A stretch of 64,000 bases of DNA, taken from the NCBI GenBank assembly GCA_964499135.1, contig CAZCIW010000005.1, forward strand, positions 2,921 through 66,920, in the 5' to 3' direction. The notes beneath the pieces were generated by a model. It worked only from the letters and a program-made list of their open reading frames with translations, was not told the DNA's origin and searched no databases. This DNA is from an uncultured Muribaculaceae bacterium (GTDB lineage: Bacteria > Cyanobacteriota > Vampirovibrionia > Gastranaerophilales > Gastranaerophilaceae). The position numbers and the translations under genes are program-made. Below, piece after piece: positions 22,816 to 31,789 of the stretch. The number at the start of each line of letters is the position of its first letter. Position 1 is the stretch's first letter.

Positions 22816-24747
22816 ATGAATGAAAAATATATACCTTTATACAGAAAATACCGTCCGCAAAAACTTGAAGAAGTTGTAGGGCAGGAGCATATTAAACAAG
22901 CGCTGAAAAATGCAATTTCGATGGATAAAATTTCGCATGCGTATCTTTTTACCGGACCGCGTGGAACAGGAAAAACTTCAACCGCGAGAATTTTTGCAAA
23001 ATCCTTAAACTGTGTTAACGGTCCGACAATAACTCCTTGCGGAGTTTGCGAAAACTGTGTTGACATTACAAATTCAGTTCCCATGGATGTAATTGAAATA
23101 GATGCTGCAAGTAACCGTAAAGTTGAAGATGCTCAAAATATTCTTGAAAAAGTCATGTATGCTCCTGTAAATAGCAGGTTTAAAATCTATATCATAGACG
23201 AAGTTCATATGTTATCAACTACAGCATTCAATGCACTTTTGAAAACATTGGAAGAACCGCCGAAAAACGTTATATTCATCCTTGCAACGACCGAAGTTCA
23301 CAAGGTTCTTGATACTATAAAAAGCCGTTGTCAGAGGTTTGATTTCAGGAGAATTACGACTTCGGACATCGTGAAACATCTGAGATATATTTCAGATTGC
23401 GAGAAAATCAAAATTACTGATGATGCGCTTGCAACAATTGCAAAAAATTCTGCAGGCGGAATGAGAGACAGTATTGCGCTTCTCGACCAATTGAGTGTTC
23501 TGGGTGTTCAAAGTGAAATAACAACAGATGATATAAATGCGCTACTAGGGCGAATTTCTTTTGACGTTTTACGTGATTTAAGTGAATGTATTATTTCCTC
23601 AAATCAAGCCGGCGCGATTGAAATTTTGGAGAAAATTTATAACTCGGGTAATGAGCCTGTTCAGATTTTACAAAATTTGCTGGATTATTTTAAAAATCTT
23701 TTGATTGCAAAAACCTGCAAACCTGAAATTTCGGTAGAATTGACTCAGTTGAATGATTTGCAAATGAAGGATTTGTCAAATCAGGGTGAAAAAGTCGAAA
23801 CGCACCAGATAATTTTTTTAAGCGACAAATGCGCAAATTATATTAAAGAAATAAAATCCACAAATAATCCGCGTCTTTGGCTTGAAATTGCAATAATTGA
23901 TCTTGCAAATTTAACCGAGAATACAAAACTGGCAGACCTTCAAGCAAGACTAAGCGCAATAGAAGCAGGCGGTAGCGTTTCTTCTCAACCGGTGAGACGC
24001 GAAACTGCACTTTCTCCGCGTCCGGTTCCGCAAATAGTTCAACAGCTGAGAGAAGAAAAAACTCACCAACGTGAAGTCGCTCCAAATCCTCAGGTTTTAA
24101 AACCGGCACCGGCTTTTGAACCTAAACTGTCTAAGGAAAAATCTCCAACACCGGTGCCTGTTCAAGCTGAACCTCAGGTTTTGGAGGATGAGTCTGCAAA
24201 AGAAGATTTTGCGCCTATGCCAAAATCAAAAACCATATCTGGTGATGATATAATGGCGCAATGGGGGAACCTTCTTGCAAATATTTCAAGCACACCGACG
24301 CGTGCAATGCTTACACAGCTAGCAAATCCGGTAAAGCTTTCACCTGACGGAGTTGTCATTTCAATTAAGAGTGCAATTCATCTTCAGCAGTTTGAGACAG
24401 GAAGTAAAAAGGGTATACTTCAAAAAGCTGTTCATGATCTGTTCGGAAGAGAAAATGTTCCGATAACCGTAAGGCTTCCACTTCCTGATGATGTTGTTCA
24501 AAAAGGAAATGTTCCAATCCCAAAGTCTAATGCGGCACCGGCGCCGCAGACAAACAAGCCGGCGCAAAAAGAACCGGAACCTACAAGAGAAGAAATTAAC
24601 GAGGAAATCGACGCAGTGGAAGAAGGTGAAACTTCGTCGGACGCATCCGGAACTCCTCTTCAACCGCATGGCAGGCGGTTTGAGGATATGCATTCCGATA
24701 CCGTTAATATGGTGATGGATTTGTTTGACGGGAAGGTAATTGATTAA
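22816..24747 (+). CDS. dnaX: DNA polymerase III subunit gamma/tau
   Basis: YRKYRPQKLEEVVGQ, Walker A GPRGTGKTS, zinc module CGVCENC, DEVHML and SRCQRF. Pro/Gln-rich linker. The start is set at ATG 22816; the track ORF extends into ldcA on the opposite strand. Confidence 0.9.
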   Translation: MNEKYIPLYRKYRPQKLEEVVGQEHIKQALKNAISMDKISHAYLFTGPRGTGKTSTARIFAKSLNCVNGPTITPCGVCENCVDITNSVPMDVIEIDAASNRKVEDAQNILEKVMYAPVNSRFKIYIIDEVHMLSTTAFNALLKTLEEPPKNVIFILATTEVHKVLDTIKSRCQRFDFRRITTSDIVKHLRYISDCEKIKITDDALATIAKNSAGGMRDSIALLDQLSVLGVQSEITTDDINALLGRISFDVLRDLSECIISSNQAGAIEILEKIYNSGNEPVQILQNLLDYFKNLLIAKTCKPEISVELTQLNDLQMKDLSNQGEKVETHQIIFLSDKCANYIKEIKSTNNPRLWLEIAIIDLANLTENTKLADLQARLSAIEAGGSVSSQPVRRETALSPRPVPQIVQQLREEKTHQREVAPNPQVLKPAPAFEPKLSKEKSPTPVPVQAEPQVLEDESAKEDFAPMPKSKTISGDDIMAQWGNLLANISSTPTRAMLTQLANPVKLSPDGVVISIKSAIHLQQFETGSKKGILQKAVHDLFGRENVPITVRLPLPDDVVQKGNVPIPKSNAAPAPQTNKPAQKEPEPTREEINEEIDAVEEGETSSDASGTPLQPHGRRFEDMHSDTVNMVMDLFDGKVID

Positions 24748-24810
24748 AATTTTTTTTGAATAGCGGTTAAAAAAATTTTTGATAGTTTTTTAATAAAAAA
24801 GGAGAATAAT

Positions 24811-25119
24811 ATGAAAATTGGAAATGTGAGTAATGTAAAATTTCGCGGACCTTTGGAAAGAGAAGACTTTATCTATAATCCGTCTCTAAATAATTTTCGA
24901 CGTTTAAGCGACAATGAAAAGCTTGATATGATTTACGATACTCTTCTAAAGCAAAATGAAAAGATAAAACAACTATCCAAAAACCAACAAAATATGAATA
25001 AACTGAATGTTGACGGATTTCGTTATGTATTAACTCAAAACGATGGAGATATCGCAGCTTATGCTTCCGGTATGGAAGCAATAAGTAAGCGTGCAAATTC
25101 TATTAATGTTATTGCATAA
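24811..25119 (+). CDS. small hypothetical protein (102 aa)
   Basis: Strong SD GGAG 6 nt upstream of the ATG. No recognised motif. Its 3' end overlaps the convergent ribD by 11 nt. Confidence 0.45.
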   Translation: MKIGNVSNVKFRGPLEREDFIYNPSLNNFRRLSDNEKLDMIYDTLLKQNEKIKQLSKNQQNMNKLNVDGFRYVLTQNDGDIAAYASGMEAISKRANSINVIA

Positions 25120-26173
25120 ATTTTTCCGGATAATATGTAATTAAAATATCAGGTGGAAATGTTTGGATTTCGTCGAATTTAAAGTTCAAACTTTCATTTA
25201 TTTCTGAAATTATTCTCCCCTCAAAAGCTGATTTGGACGAATTGTCGCAGGTGACTTTTGGGGCTACAAAATGGTAAATTTTATCAGTATACGGCAAAAA
25301 AGAGCCGTTTAGAACCCCTCCTGCTTCAACCAGAACACTCATGATTTTTAGCCCGTAAAGTTTTTCAAGTATGAATTTTATATCAAGCCTGTTGTTTTTA
25401 ATTTTGCAGGGAATGAATTCGATTCTTTCACTGCATTTTGGGGATTGAAGTCTTTCGTCATAAAATACAAAGACTTTTCCTGATTTGTATATTTCAGCAT
25501 TTTTAAAATCAGTTTTTAATTCTCTGTCAAGGATAATTTTTGTTTCGTGCGCCATTGTCGGGTTATCGGCAATTACGGTTGAAGAACTCGTTAAAATAGC
25601 GTCATATTTATACCTGATTTTTTTTACTTCGTTCCGTGCTGCGCTTGATGTTATCCATTTGGAACTTCCTGTGCTTGTTGCAATTTTCCCATCAATTGTT
25701 GTTGCAGTTTTTAAGGCGACAAAGGTTCTTTTTTTTTGGATATTTGTTATAAAAATTTCGTTGAGTTTTTGCGCTTCCTCTTTAAAAACGCCTTCAATAA
25801 CTTCAATTCCGGCGGATTTTAGTTTAGCAATTCCGTTTCCTGAAACAATAGGATTTACATCGCGCATTCCGATAACGACTTTTTTAATTCCATATTCAAT
25901 TATTAAATCAGTGCAGGGAGGGGTTTTCCCATAATGTGAACACGGTTCAAGATTAACAATTAATGTCCCGCCAGTAGCTTCTTCCGGTGTTATTTTTAAA
26001 AGCGCATCACGTTCGGCATGGTTTTGTCCATATTGGGCATGAAAACCTTCTGAAATTATCTTTCCGTCCGTATTTAAAACAACACAGCCAACAAGCGGGT
26101 TCGGAGAAACTTTACCTCTTCCCTGTTTGGCAAGTTGAAAACATCTGTTCATTAATTCATAATATTGTTGCAT
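25109..26173 (-). CDS. ribD: bifunctional riboflavin biosynthesis deaminase/reductase RibD
   Basis: Deaminase zinc motifs HAERDAL and PCSHYGKTPPC, followed by a reductase half. Confidence 0.9.
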   Translation of the reverse strand: MQQYYELMNRCFQLAKQGRGKVSPNPLVGCVVLNTDGKIISEGFHAQYGQNHAERDALLKITPEEATGGTLIVNLEPCSHYGKTPPCTDLIIEYGIKKVVIGMRDVNPIVSGNGIAKLKSAGIEVIEGVFKEEAQKLNEIFITNIQKKRTFVALKTATTIDGKIATSTGSSKWITSSAARNEVKKIRYKYDAILTSSSTVIADNPTMAHETKIILDRELKTDFKNAEIYKSGKVFVFYDERLQSPKCSERIEFIPCKIKNNRLDIKFILEKLYGLKIMSVLVEAGGVLNGSFLPYTDKIYHFVAPKVTCDNSSKSAFEGRIISEINESLNFKFDEIQTFPPDILITYYPEKFMQ

Positions 26174-26188
26174 ACTTGAATTTTAGCA
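26174..26188 (-). promoter_or_regulatory. extended -10 (TGCTAAAAT) 6 nt before the ribD ATG; leaderless candidate
   Basis: The minus strand reads TGCTAAAAT tcaagt ATG (26188 down to 26171). No SD. Confidence 0.45.
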
Positions 26189-26235
26189 AAAAATTTGATA
26201 TAAATAAACTGTTATAATAAGAAGGAGTTCATATT

Positions 26236-26931
26236 ATGGATATTAGATATTTAGGACATAGTGCATTTCAATTTAAAGTCGGAGAAAGAAGTATTCTTGT
26301 TGATCCTTACGTAAAACAAAATGACAAATATGACTGGCATGCAGAAAACATTACGGATATTTTTGTAACCCACGGTCATGCAGATCACGTTGGTGACACA
26401 ATTGAAATTGCAAAGGAAAAAGGTTCAACTGTTTCTGCAGTGGTAGAACTGGCAAGTTATTTTTCAAAAGAAGGTCTCACTACAAATCGTGTAAATTTCG
26501 GAAGTTGGTTGAATTATCCATGGGGCAGAGCAATTTTTGTACCTGCATTCCATTCAAATTCACTTCCAGACGGAAGTTATGCAGGTGAAGCTGCCGGAAT
26601 TATTTTTGATATTGAAGGAGTTAGAATTTATCATGCCGGTGATACAGCGTTAACAAGTGAAATGAAGTTGATAAAGGAACTTTACCATCCGACAATTGCT
26701 CTTTTGCCAATTGGCGGACATTATACAATGGATGTTGTTCACGCAGCGGTTGCAGCGGAGTGGTTAGGTGCAAAAACAGTAATTCCTATGCACTATAATA
26801 CATTCCCTGAGATAAGAGCGGATCTTGACATGTTCTACAAGTTGGTTAATATGAATAATACAGGGTGTTTAATTCTAAATCCGGATGAAGTTCCTAATCA
26901 GGGACAGTCTGAAACTCAACCTCAGGCATAA
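26236..26931 (+). CDS. UPF0173-type metal-dependent hydrolase (metallo-beta-lactamase fold)
   Basis: MDIRYLGHSAFQF, THGHADHVGD, YHAGDT and IPMHYNTFP. SD AAGGAG. Confidence 0.8.
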   Translation: MDIRYLGHSAFQFKVGERSILVDPYVKQNDKYDWHAENITDIFVTHGHADHVGDTIEIAKEKGSTVSAVVELASYFSKEGLTTNRVNFGSWLNYPWGRAIFVPAFHSNSLPDGSYAGEAAGIIFDIEGVRIYHAGDTALTSEMKLIKELYHPTIALLPIGGHYTMDVVHAAVAAEWLGAKTVIPMHYNTFPEIRADLDMFYKLVNMNNTGCLILNPDEVPNQGQSETQPQA

Positions 26932-26947
26932 TTAAAATAAAAATATA

Positions 26948-26990
26948 AAAAACGGTTCTTTGTCTAATTGCAAAGAGCCGTTTTTATTTT
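26948..26990 (+). terminator. rho-independent terminator
   Basis: 15-bp stem aaaaacggttctttg / caaagagccgttttt (one G-U pair) followed by TTTTTATTTT. Confidence 0.7.
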
Positions 26991-27054
26991 ATTCTGTTGG
27001 GCTATTTGAATAAAAACTTTTGCCGTGATATTCTGAATTCAGAAATGAGGATTT

Positions 27055-28029
27055 ATGGATATATTATTTTTAATTGACAGAGTAGAGTTAAAATATTTTG
27101 AATTTAATGATCTTGTTACAAATTTTTGGCTGATAAGAGAATTTATTCGAAAGGAAAACACTGTTTTTATTACAACAATTGACAAACTCGGAATTAAATC
27201 CGAAAAGGCATATACTCATTGTTATAGAGTTTTTGAAAATAATGATGATATTTTTTATGACAAAAATGAAGTAATAAAAAATATTGAGGATTTCAGGCTT
27301 GTAATGTTAAGGAATGATCCGCCGGTGGATTTAGATTATATAAATGCAACCTATGTGTTGGATTTTGTGGATAAGTCAAAGACGATTATAATGAATAATC
27401 CGAAATCGGTAAGAGATTTTAACGAAAAACTTCATACAATGTTATTTCCGGAGTTAATGCCGGAGCATATCGTAACTTCGTCGAAAAGTGATATTATGGA
27501 ATTTTTAAATACGCACGAAGAAATTGTTTTGAAACCATTAAACAAATGTTTTGGCGCAGGAGTAATAACATTGAAAAAAGGTGATAAAAATACTTCCGTA
27601 ATTATTAATATGATGACGAATAACGGAACAACTCTTGTTATGGTTCAAAAATATCTAGAAAAAGCAAAATTTGGTGATAAACGAGTTCTGTTCTTGGGTG
27701 AAGAAATTCTTCCTTACTGTGTGCAAAAGCTACCGTCAAACGATGATTTTAAGTTCAATGAACACTGTGATGCTAATATTATTCGGGTTGAACTTACTGA
27801 AAATGAAAAAGAAAAGTTTAAATATGTGGCAAAAAATTTGAATTCTATGGGAATTTATATGGCAGGACTTGATGTTATTGATGAAAAAATCATAGAAATT
27901 AATGTCACAAGTCCATGTTATTTCATCAAAGAAATCAACAATGCCTTCAATATTAAACTTGAAAAAATAGTTACGGAATATATTCAAAATCTTGTAGAAA
28001 GCAAAACTTGCGCTCAACAGCTCCGTTAA
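27055..28029 (+). CDS. gshB: glutathione synthetase (ATP-grasp, prokaryotic GshB type)
   Basis: It aligns by eye with E. coli GshB: RNDPPVDLDYINATYVL, NNPKSVRDFNEKL, ILKPL, GDKRVLFLGEE and GLDVI...EINVTSP. Confidence 0.8.
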   Translation: MDILFLIDRVELKYFEFNDLVTNFWLIREFIRKENTVFITTIDKLGIKSEKAYTHCYRVFENNDDIFYDKNEVIKNIEDFRLVMLRNDPPVDLDYINATYVLDFVDKSKTIIMNNPKSVRDFNEKLHTMLFPELMPEHIVTSSKSDIMEFLNTHEEIVLKPLNKCFGAGVITLKKGDKNTSVIINMMTNNGTTLVMVQKYLEKAKFGDKRVLFLGEEILPYCVQKLPSNDDFKFNEHCDANIIRVELTENEKEKFKYVAKNLNSMGIYMAGLDVIDEKIIEINVTSPCYFIKEINNAFNIKLEKIVTEYIQNLVESKTCAQQLR

Positions 28030-28033
28030 CAAT

Positions 28034-29089
28034 TTATTTTACTCGTGAAAAAACTTCTACATCAACATCGTCAAAAGTGTTTGTATTGAAGTAAGCACAA
28101 GAGGCAACCATAGCCGCGTTGTCGGTACAATATTTCATTGGAGGTGCAAAAACTTTGTAACCATCTTTTTCAAAATCAAAAATTTTCTTTCGTATTTCTG
28201 AATTAGCTGCAACTCCGCCAGCAATTACAACCTGTTTGTAACCTTTTTCTTCTAATGCTTTTTTAAGTTTTTTAGCAAGTGTTTTTGAAACAGTTTCTTG
28301 AAAACTTGCGCAGATATCGTTTACGGGTAATTCTTCACCATCAAAAGATTTTACAAGTCTCAATACTGCTGTTTTAAGTCCGCTGAAACTAAAATTATAC
28401 CCGTCAACTTTGGCTTGTGGAAGAACAAATGCTTTTGGATTCCCAACTTGAGCCAATTTATCCAACCTTGGACCTCCGGGGTATGGAAGTCCTATAAGTC
28501 TGGCAACTTTATCGTAAGCTTCTCCGACAGCATCGTCGATAGTTTCTCCGAGAATTGTTTGTTTTGAATATGATTCCACATCAATAATCTGAGTGTGTCC
28601 GCCGCTTACAAGAAGCGCCATAAACGGAGGTTTTAAATCCGTATCAATGTAATTTCCACAAAGATGTGCGTTCAAATGGTTGACTCCGATAAAAGGTTTG
28701 TCGTGAACCAGAGACAATGTTTTGGCAGCATTCAATCCTACAAGCAAACATCCGACAAGTCCGGGACCGACTGTCCCTGCAAAAGCTGTTACGTCATTTG
28801 GTTCAAGTCCGATAGCTTCTTTGGCTTGACGAAAAGCTTCCTCAATTACAATGTTAATACTTTCAAGATGCTCTCTTGCCGCAATTTCAGGGATAACTCC
28901 ACCGAATTGTTCGTGAGTCTTAATTTGGGAAGCTACAACGTTTGAGATAACTTCCCGTCCGTTTTTAACAATTGCGCAGGCTGTCTCGTCGCAACTTGAC
29001 TCAATAGCCATTATGTAGTTATCGTAACCGCTTTCGGGTCCTATTTTGACTTCTTCTTTTGAGAATAATTTTTCTTTAATATTTTCCAT
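28034..29089 (-). CDS. tsaD: tRNA N6-adenosine threonylcarbamoyltransferase TsaD
   Basis: ESSCDETA, VNHLNAHL, SGGHTQ and GVAANS. I placed the start at ATG 29089 (TATAAT-N6-ATG); the track ORF begins at TTG 29107. Confidence 0.9.
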   Translation of the reverse strand: MENIKEKLFSKEEVKIGPESGYDNYIMAIESSCDETACAIVKNGREVISNVVASQIKTHEQFGGVIPEIAAREHLESINIVIEEAFRQAKEAIGLEPNDVTAFAGTVGPGLVGCLLVGLNAAKTLSLVHDKPFIGVNHLNAHLCGNYIDTDLKPPFMALLVSGGHTQIIDVESYSKQTILGETIDDAVGEAYDKVARLIGLPYPGGPRLDKLAQVGNPKAFVLPQAKVDGYNFSFSGLKTAVLRLVKSFDGEELPVNDICASFQETVSKTLAKKLKKALEEKGYKQVVIAGGVAANSEIRKKIFDFEKDGYKVFAPPMKYCTDNAAMVASCAYFNTNTFDDVDVEVFSRVK

Positions 29090-29101
29090 ATTTTTATTAT
29101 A
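29090..29101 (-). promoter_or_regulatory. -10 hexamer TATAAT 6 nt before the tsaD ATG; leaderless candidate
   Basis: The minus strand reads TATAAT aaaaat ATG (29101 down to 29087). No SD. Confidence 0.4.
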
Positions 29102-29204
29102 TCGCAAAAAAATATTTTTACGGGTTTAAAACATTTGAATATTTTTGCTTTTAAAACAGAAATTTTTATAGTAGAATTAAGAATATTTGAATAACAGGTG
29201 AACA

Positions 29205-30488
29205 ATGCAATTTTTAGATAAGACAAAAATAAGAATAGTGTCAGGACGTGGTGGCAACGGAATGGTTGCTTGGCGCAGAGAAAAATATGTAGATAAAGGC
29301 GGTCCGGCAGGTGGTGACGGCGGTAAAGGCGGGGATGTATATTTAATTGCCGACGAAAACATGTCAACACTTATGGACTTTAAATATCAGTCTGTTTTTA
29401 AAGCCCAGTGTGGAGAAAACGGTGGAATTAAGAATTGCCATGGAAAATGGGCGGAAGATTTATATATAAAAGTTCCGGTCGGGACTGTGGTAAAGGATGT
29501 CAAAACCGGCAATATTATTGCGGATTTGACCGAACACGAACAGAAAGTTCTTGTCGCAAAAGGTGGAAGAGGTGGAAGAGGAAATGCTCGTTTTGCTACG
29601 GCTCAAAAACGTGCTCCGCAATTTTGTGAACCGGGTGAACCTTCTATTGAACGCGAATTAATTTTGGAATTAAAACTTATCGCGGATGTCGGACTTTTGG
29701 GGATGCCGAATGCCGGGAAATCGACTCTTATCAGTCGTATAAGTTCTGCAAAGCCAAAAATTGCGGATTATCCTTTTACGACATTAATTCCTAATTTGGG
29801 GGTTGTAAAAGGAATTAATGGTGACGGATTTGTCGTTGCTGATATCCCGGGGCTTATTGAAGGTGCCTCTGAAGGTGTCGGTCTTGGACATGATTTTTTA
29901 AGACATGTGGAAAGATGCAGATTTCTTGTTCACTTGGTTGATTTAACAGAGGAAAACCCTTTTGATAATTACAAAATTATTAATAGAGAACTTGAAAAGC
30001 ATTCACATAAACTGGCTTCACTTTATCAGGTCATCGCGCTTAACAAAATTGATGCTGTTGACGAAAATAAAAAATCGGAAATACTTAAAATTTTTAAGAC
30101 TGAAGCTGATACTATATTTTTGATTTCAGCAGTAACCGGAGAAGGAATTCAGCCTCTTGTGACTTACATGTCAGAAATGGTTAAAAAAATAGAAAAACCG
30201 GTATCCGATGTTGTAGTTGAAGAGGATTTAGGTGCATACAATAATGATGACAGCGAATACGAAATTACAAAAGCCGCAAAAGATATATATATAATAACCG
30301 GTGGTAAAATCGGAAGACTTGCAAAAGTAACTGATGCAAGAAACACTGAACAGGTAATCAGATTTCAAAATATTCTTACCGGTATGGGAGTGTTTGAAAG
30401 ATTAAAGACGATGGGTGTTAAAGACGGTGATACAATTATTGTAGGGCATTTGGAATTCGCGTATTATGCGGATGAATTTTACGGCTAA
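29205..30488 (+). CDS. obg: GTPase Obg/CgtA
   Basis: FLDKTKIRIVSGRGGNGMVAWRREKYV.KGGPAGGDGGKGGDV, G1 GMPNAGKST and DIPGLIEGA, plus an OCT-type C-terminal domain. Confidence 0.9.
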   Translation: MQFLDKTKIRIVSGRGGNGMVAWRREKYVDKGGPAGGDGGKGGDVYLIADENMSTLMDFKYQSVFKAQCGENGGIKNCHGKWAEDLYIKVPVGTVVKDVKTGNIIADLTEHEQKVLVAKGGRGGRGNARFATAQKRAPQFCEPGEPSIERELILELKLIADVGLLGMPNAGKSTLISRISSAKPKIADYPFTTLIPNLGVVKGINGDGFVVADIPGLIEGASEGVGLGHDFLRHVERCRFLVHLVDLTEENPFDNYKIINRELEKHSHKLASLYQVIALNKIDAVDENKKSEILKIFKTEADTIFLISAVTGEGIQPLVTYMSEMVKKIEKPVSDVVVEEDLGAYNNDDSEYEITKAAKDIYIITGGKIGRLAKVTDARNTEQVIRFQNILTGMGVFERLKTMGVKDGDTIIVGHLEFAYYADEFYG

Positions 30489-30511
30489 TAATAAAATAAG
30501 GAGAGTTTGGA

Positions 30512-31789
30512 ATGACTGAAAATGAAATAAAATCCGTAATTTTGGCGGCAGGAAAAGGTACAAGAATGAAATCTGAAACTCCAAAAGTTTTGCATAAAAT
30601 TTTTGAGAAGCCGCTTCTGGGGTATGTTCTTGATAACGTAAAATCAATAACAAATGAGGATTTTGTTATCGTTGGACATCATGCAGAAGAAGTTGCGGAA
30701 TTTGTACAAAAAAATTACAAATGTGCAAAGACTGTTCTTCAAACTCCACAACTTGGTACAGGTCATGCGGTTTCTATGGTTTGTCCGGCATTAGAAAACT
30801 TTGGCGGTCAGGTTTTAATTCTTTGCGGTGATACCCCGCTTATAACAAAAGAAACTTTGCAAAAGTTTATTGAATATCATAATTCCGTAAAATCTGATTT
30901 GACAGTAATGAGCACTGTTTTTGATAATCCTACAAATTACGGACGAATAATCCGCGAGACTGACAACAGTCTTAAATGTATAGTTGAGGAAAAAGATGCA
31001 ACATCTGAACAAAAAGCTGTAAAAGAAGTTAATGCGGGTATTTATCTTCTTAACTGGGCAAAAATCAAACCTGCATTTTCTCAATTGACAAGCAACAATG
31101 CGCAGGGTGAGTATTATCTTACTGACATTATTTCTTGGGGTAAAAAAGAAAACCTGAATGTCAACGCTTTCATTTTAGAGAACAACGAAGAAATTTACGG
31201 AATTAACTCACGCGCGAATCTTGCAACTGCTACAAAAATTATGAACGAAAGAAAACTCAATTCGCTTATGGATAACGGAGTTACAATTGTTGACCCGTCG
31301 TCAACATGGATTTCCGAAGATACGGAAATCGGCGCAGATACAATAATTTATCCGTCAACATATATTGAGGGCAAAAACAAAATTGGGAAAAATTGTAAAA
31401 TCGGACCTTGCGCGCACCTTAGAGGAAATGTTGAAATCGCGGACAATTGCAAAATCGGAAACTTTGTAGAAGTGAAGAATTCCAAAATTGACCATAACAC
31501 AAATGCCGGTCACTTAAGTTACATCGGAGATGCGGAACTTGGTTCAAACATAAATATCGGCGCCGGAACGATTACGGCAAACTATAATCCGCTTACAAAA
31601 GTTAAAAGCAAAACAATTATGAAAGATAATGTAAAAATCGGTTCCAACAGTGTGCTTGTTGCTCCTGTTACGCTTGAAGAGGGGGCAAATGTCGGTGCAG
31701 GAAGCATTATTACAAAAAATATTCCGGCATGGGCGCTTGCTCTCACTCGTTCTCCGCTTAAAATTTTTGAAAAATGGGTTAAATTGTAA
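30512..31789 (+). CDS. glmU: bifunctional UDP-N-acetylglucosamine pyrophosphorylase / GlcN-1-P acetyltransferase
   Basis: LAAGKGTRMKS, LCGDTPL and C-terminal left-handed beta-helix hexapeptide repeats. Confidence 0.9.
   Translation: MTENEIKSVILAAGKGTRMKSETPKVLHKIFEKPLLGYVLDNVKSITNEDFVIVGHHAEEVAEFVQKNYKCAKTVLQTPQLGTGHAVSMVCPALENFGGQVLILCGDTPLITKETLQKFIEYHNSVKSDLTVMSTVFDNPTNYGRIIRETDNSLKCIVEEKDATSEQKAVKEVNAGIYLLNWAKIKPAFSQLTSNNAQGEYYLTDIISWGKKENLNVNAFILENNEEIYGINSRANLATATKIMNERKLNSLMDNGVTIVDPSSTWISEDTEIGADTIIYPSTYIEGKNKIGKNCKIGPCAHLRGNVEIADNCKIGNFVEVKNSKIDHNTNAGHLSYIGDAELGSNINIGAGTITANYNPLTKVKSKTIMKDNVKIGSNSVLVAPVTLEEGANVGAGSIITKNIPAWALALTRSPLKIFEKWVKL

Noticed and set aside
24051-24063. Programmed -1 frameshift site in dnaX (the A6 run in gaagaaaaaact), as used in E. 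coli to make gamma
   Set aside because: In the dnaX frame the run reads gaa-aaa-act (A AAA ACT), which is not an X XXY YYZ slippery heptamer. I saw no downstream stem-loop.
26174-26235. FMN riboswitch upstream of ribD, and likewise upstream of ribF at 43637-43668
   Set aside because: The intergenic regions are only 62 and 32 nt, far too short for an FMN (RFN) element, and they are occupied by promoter-like sequence.
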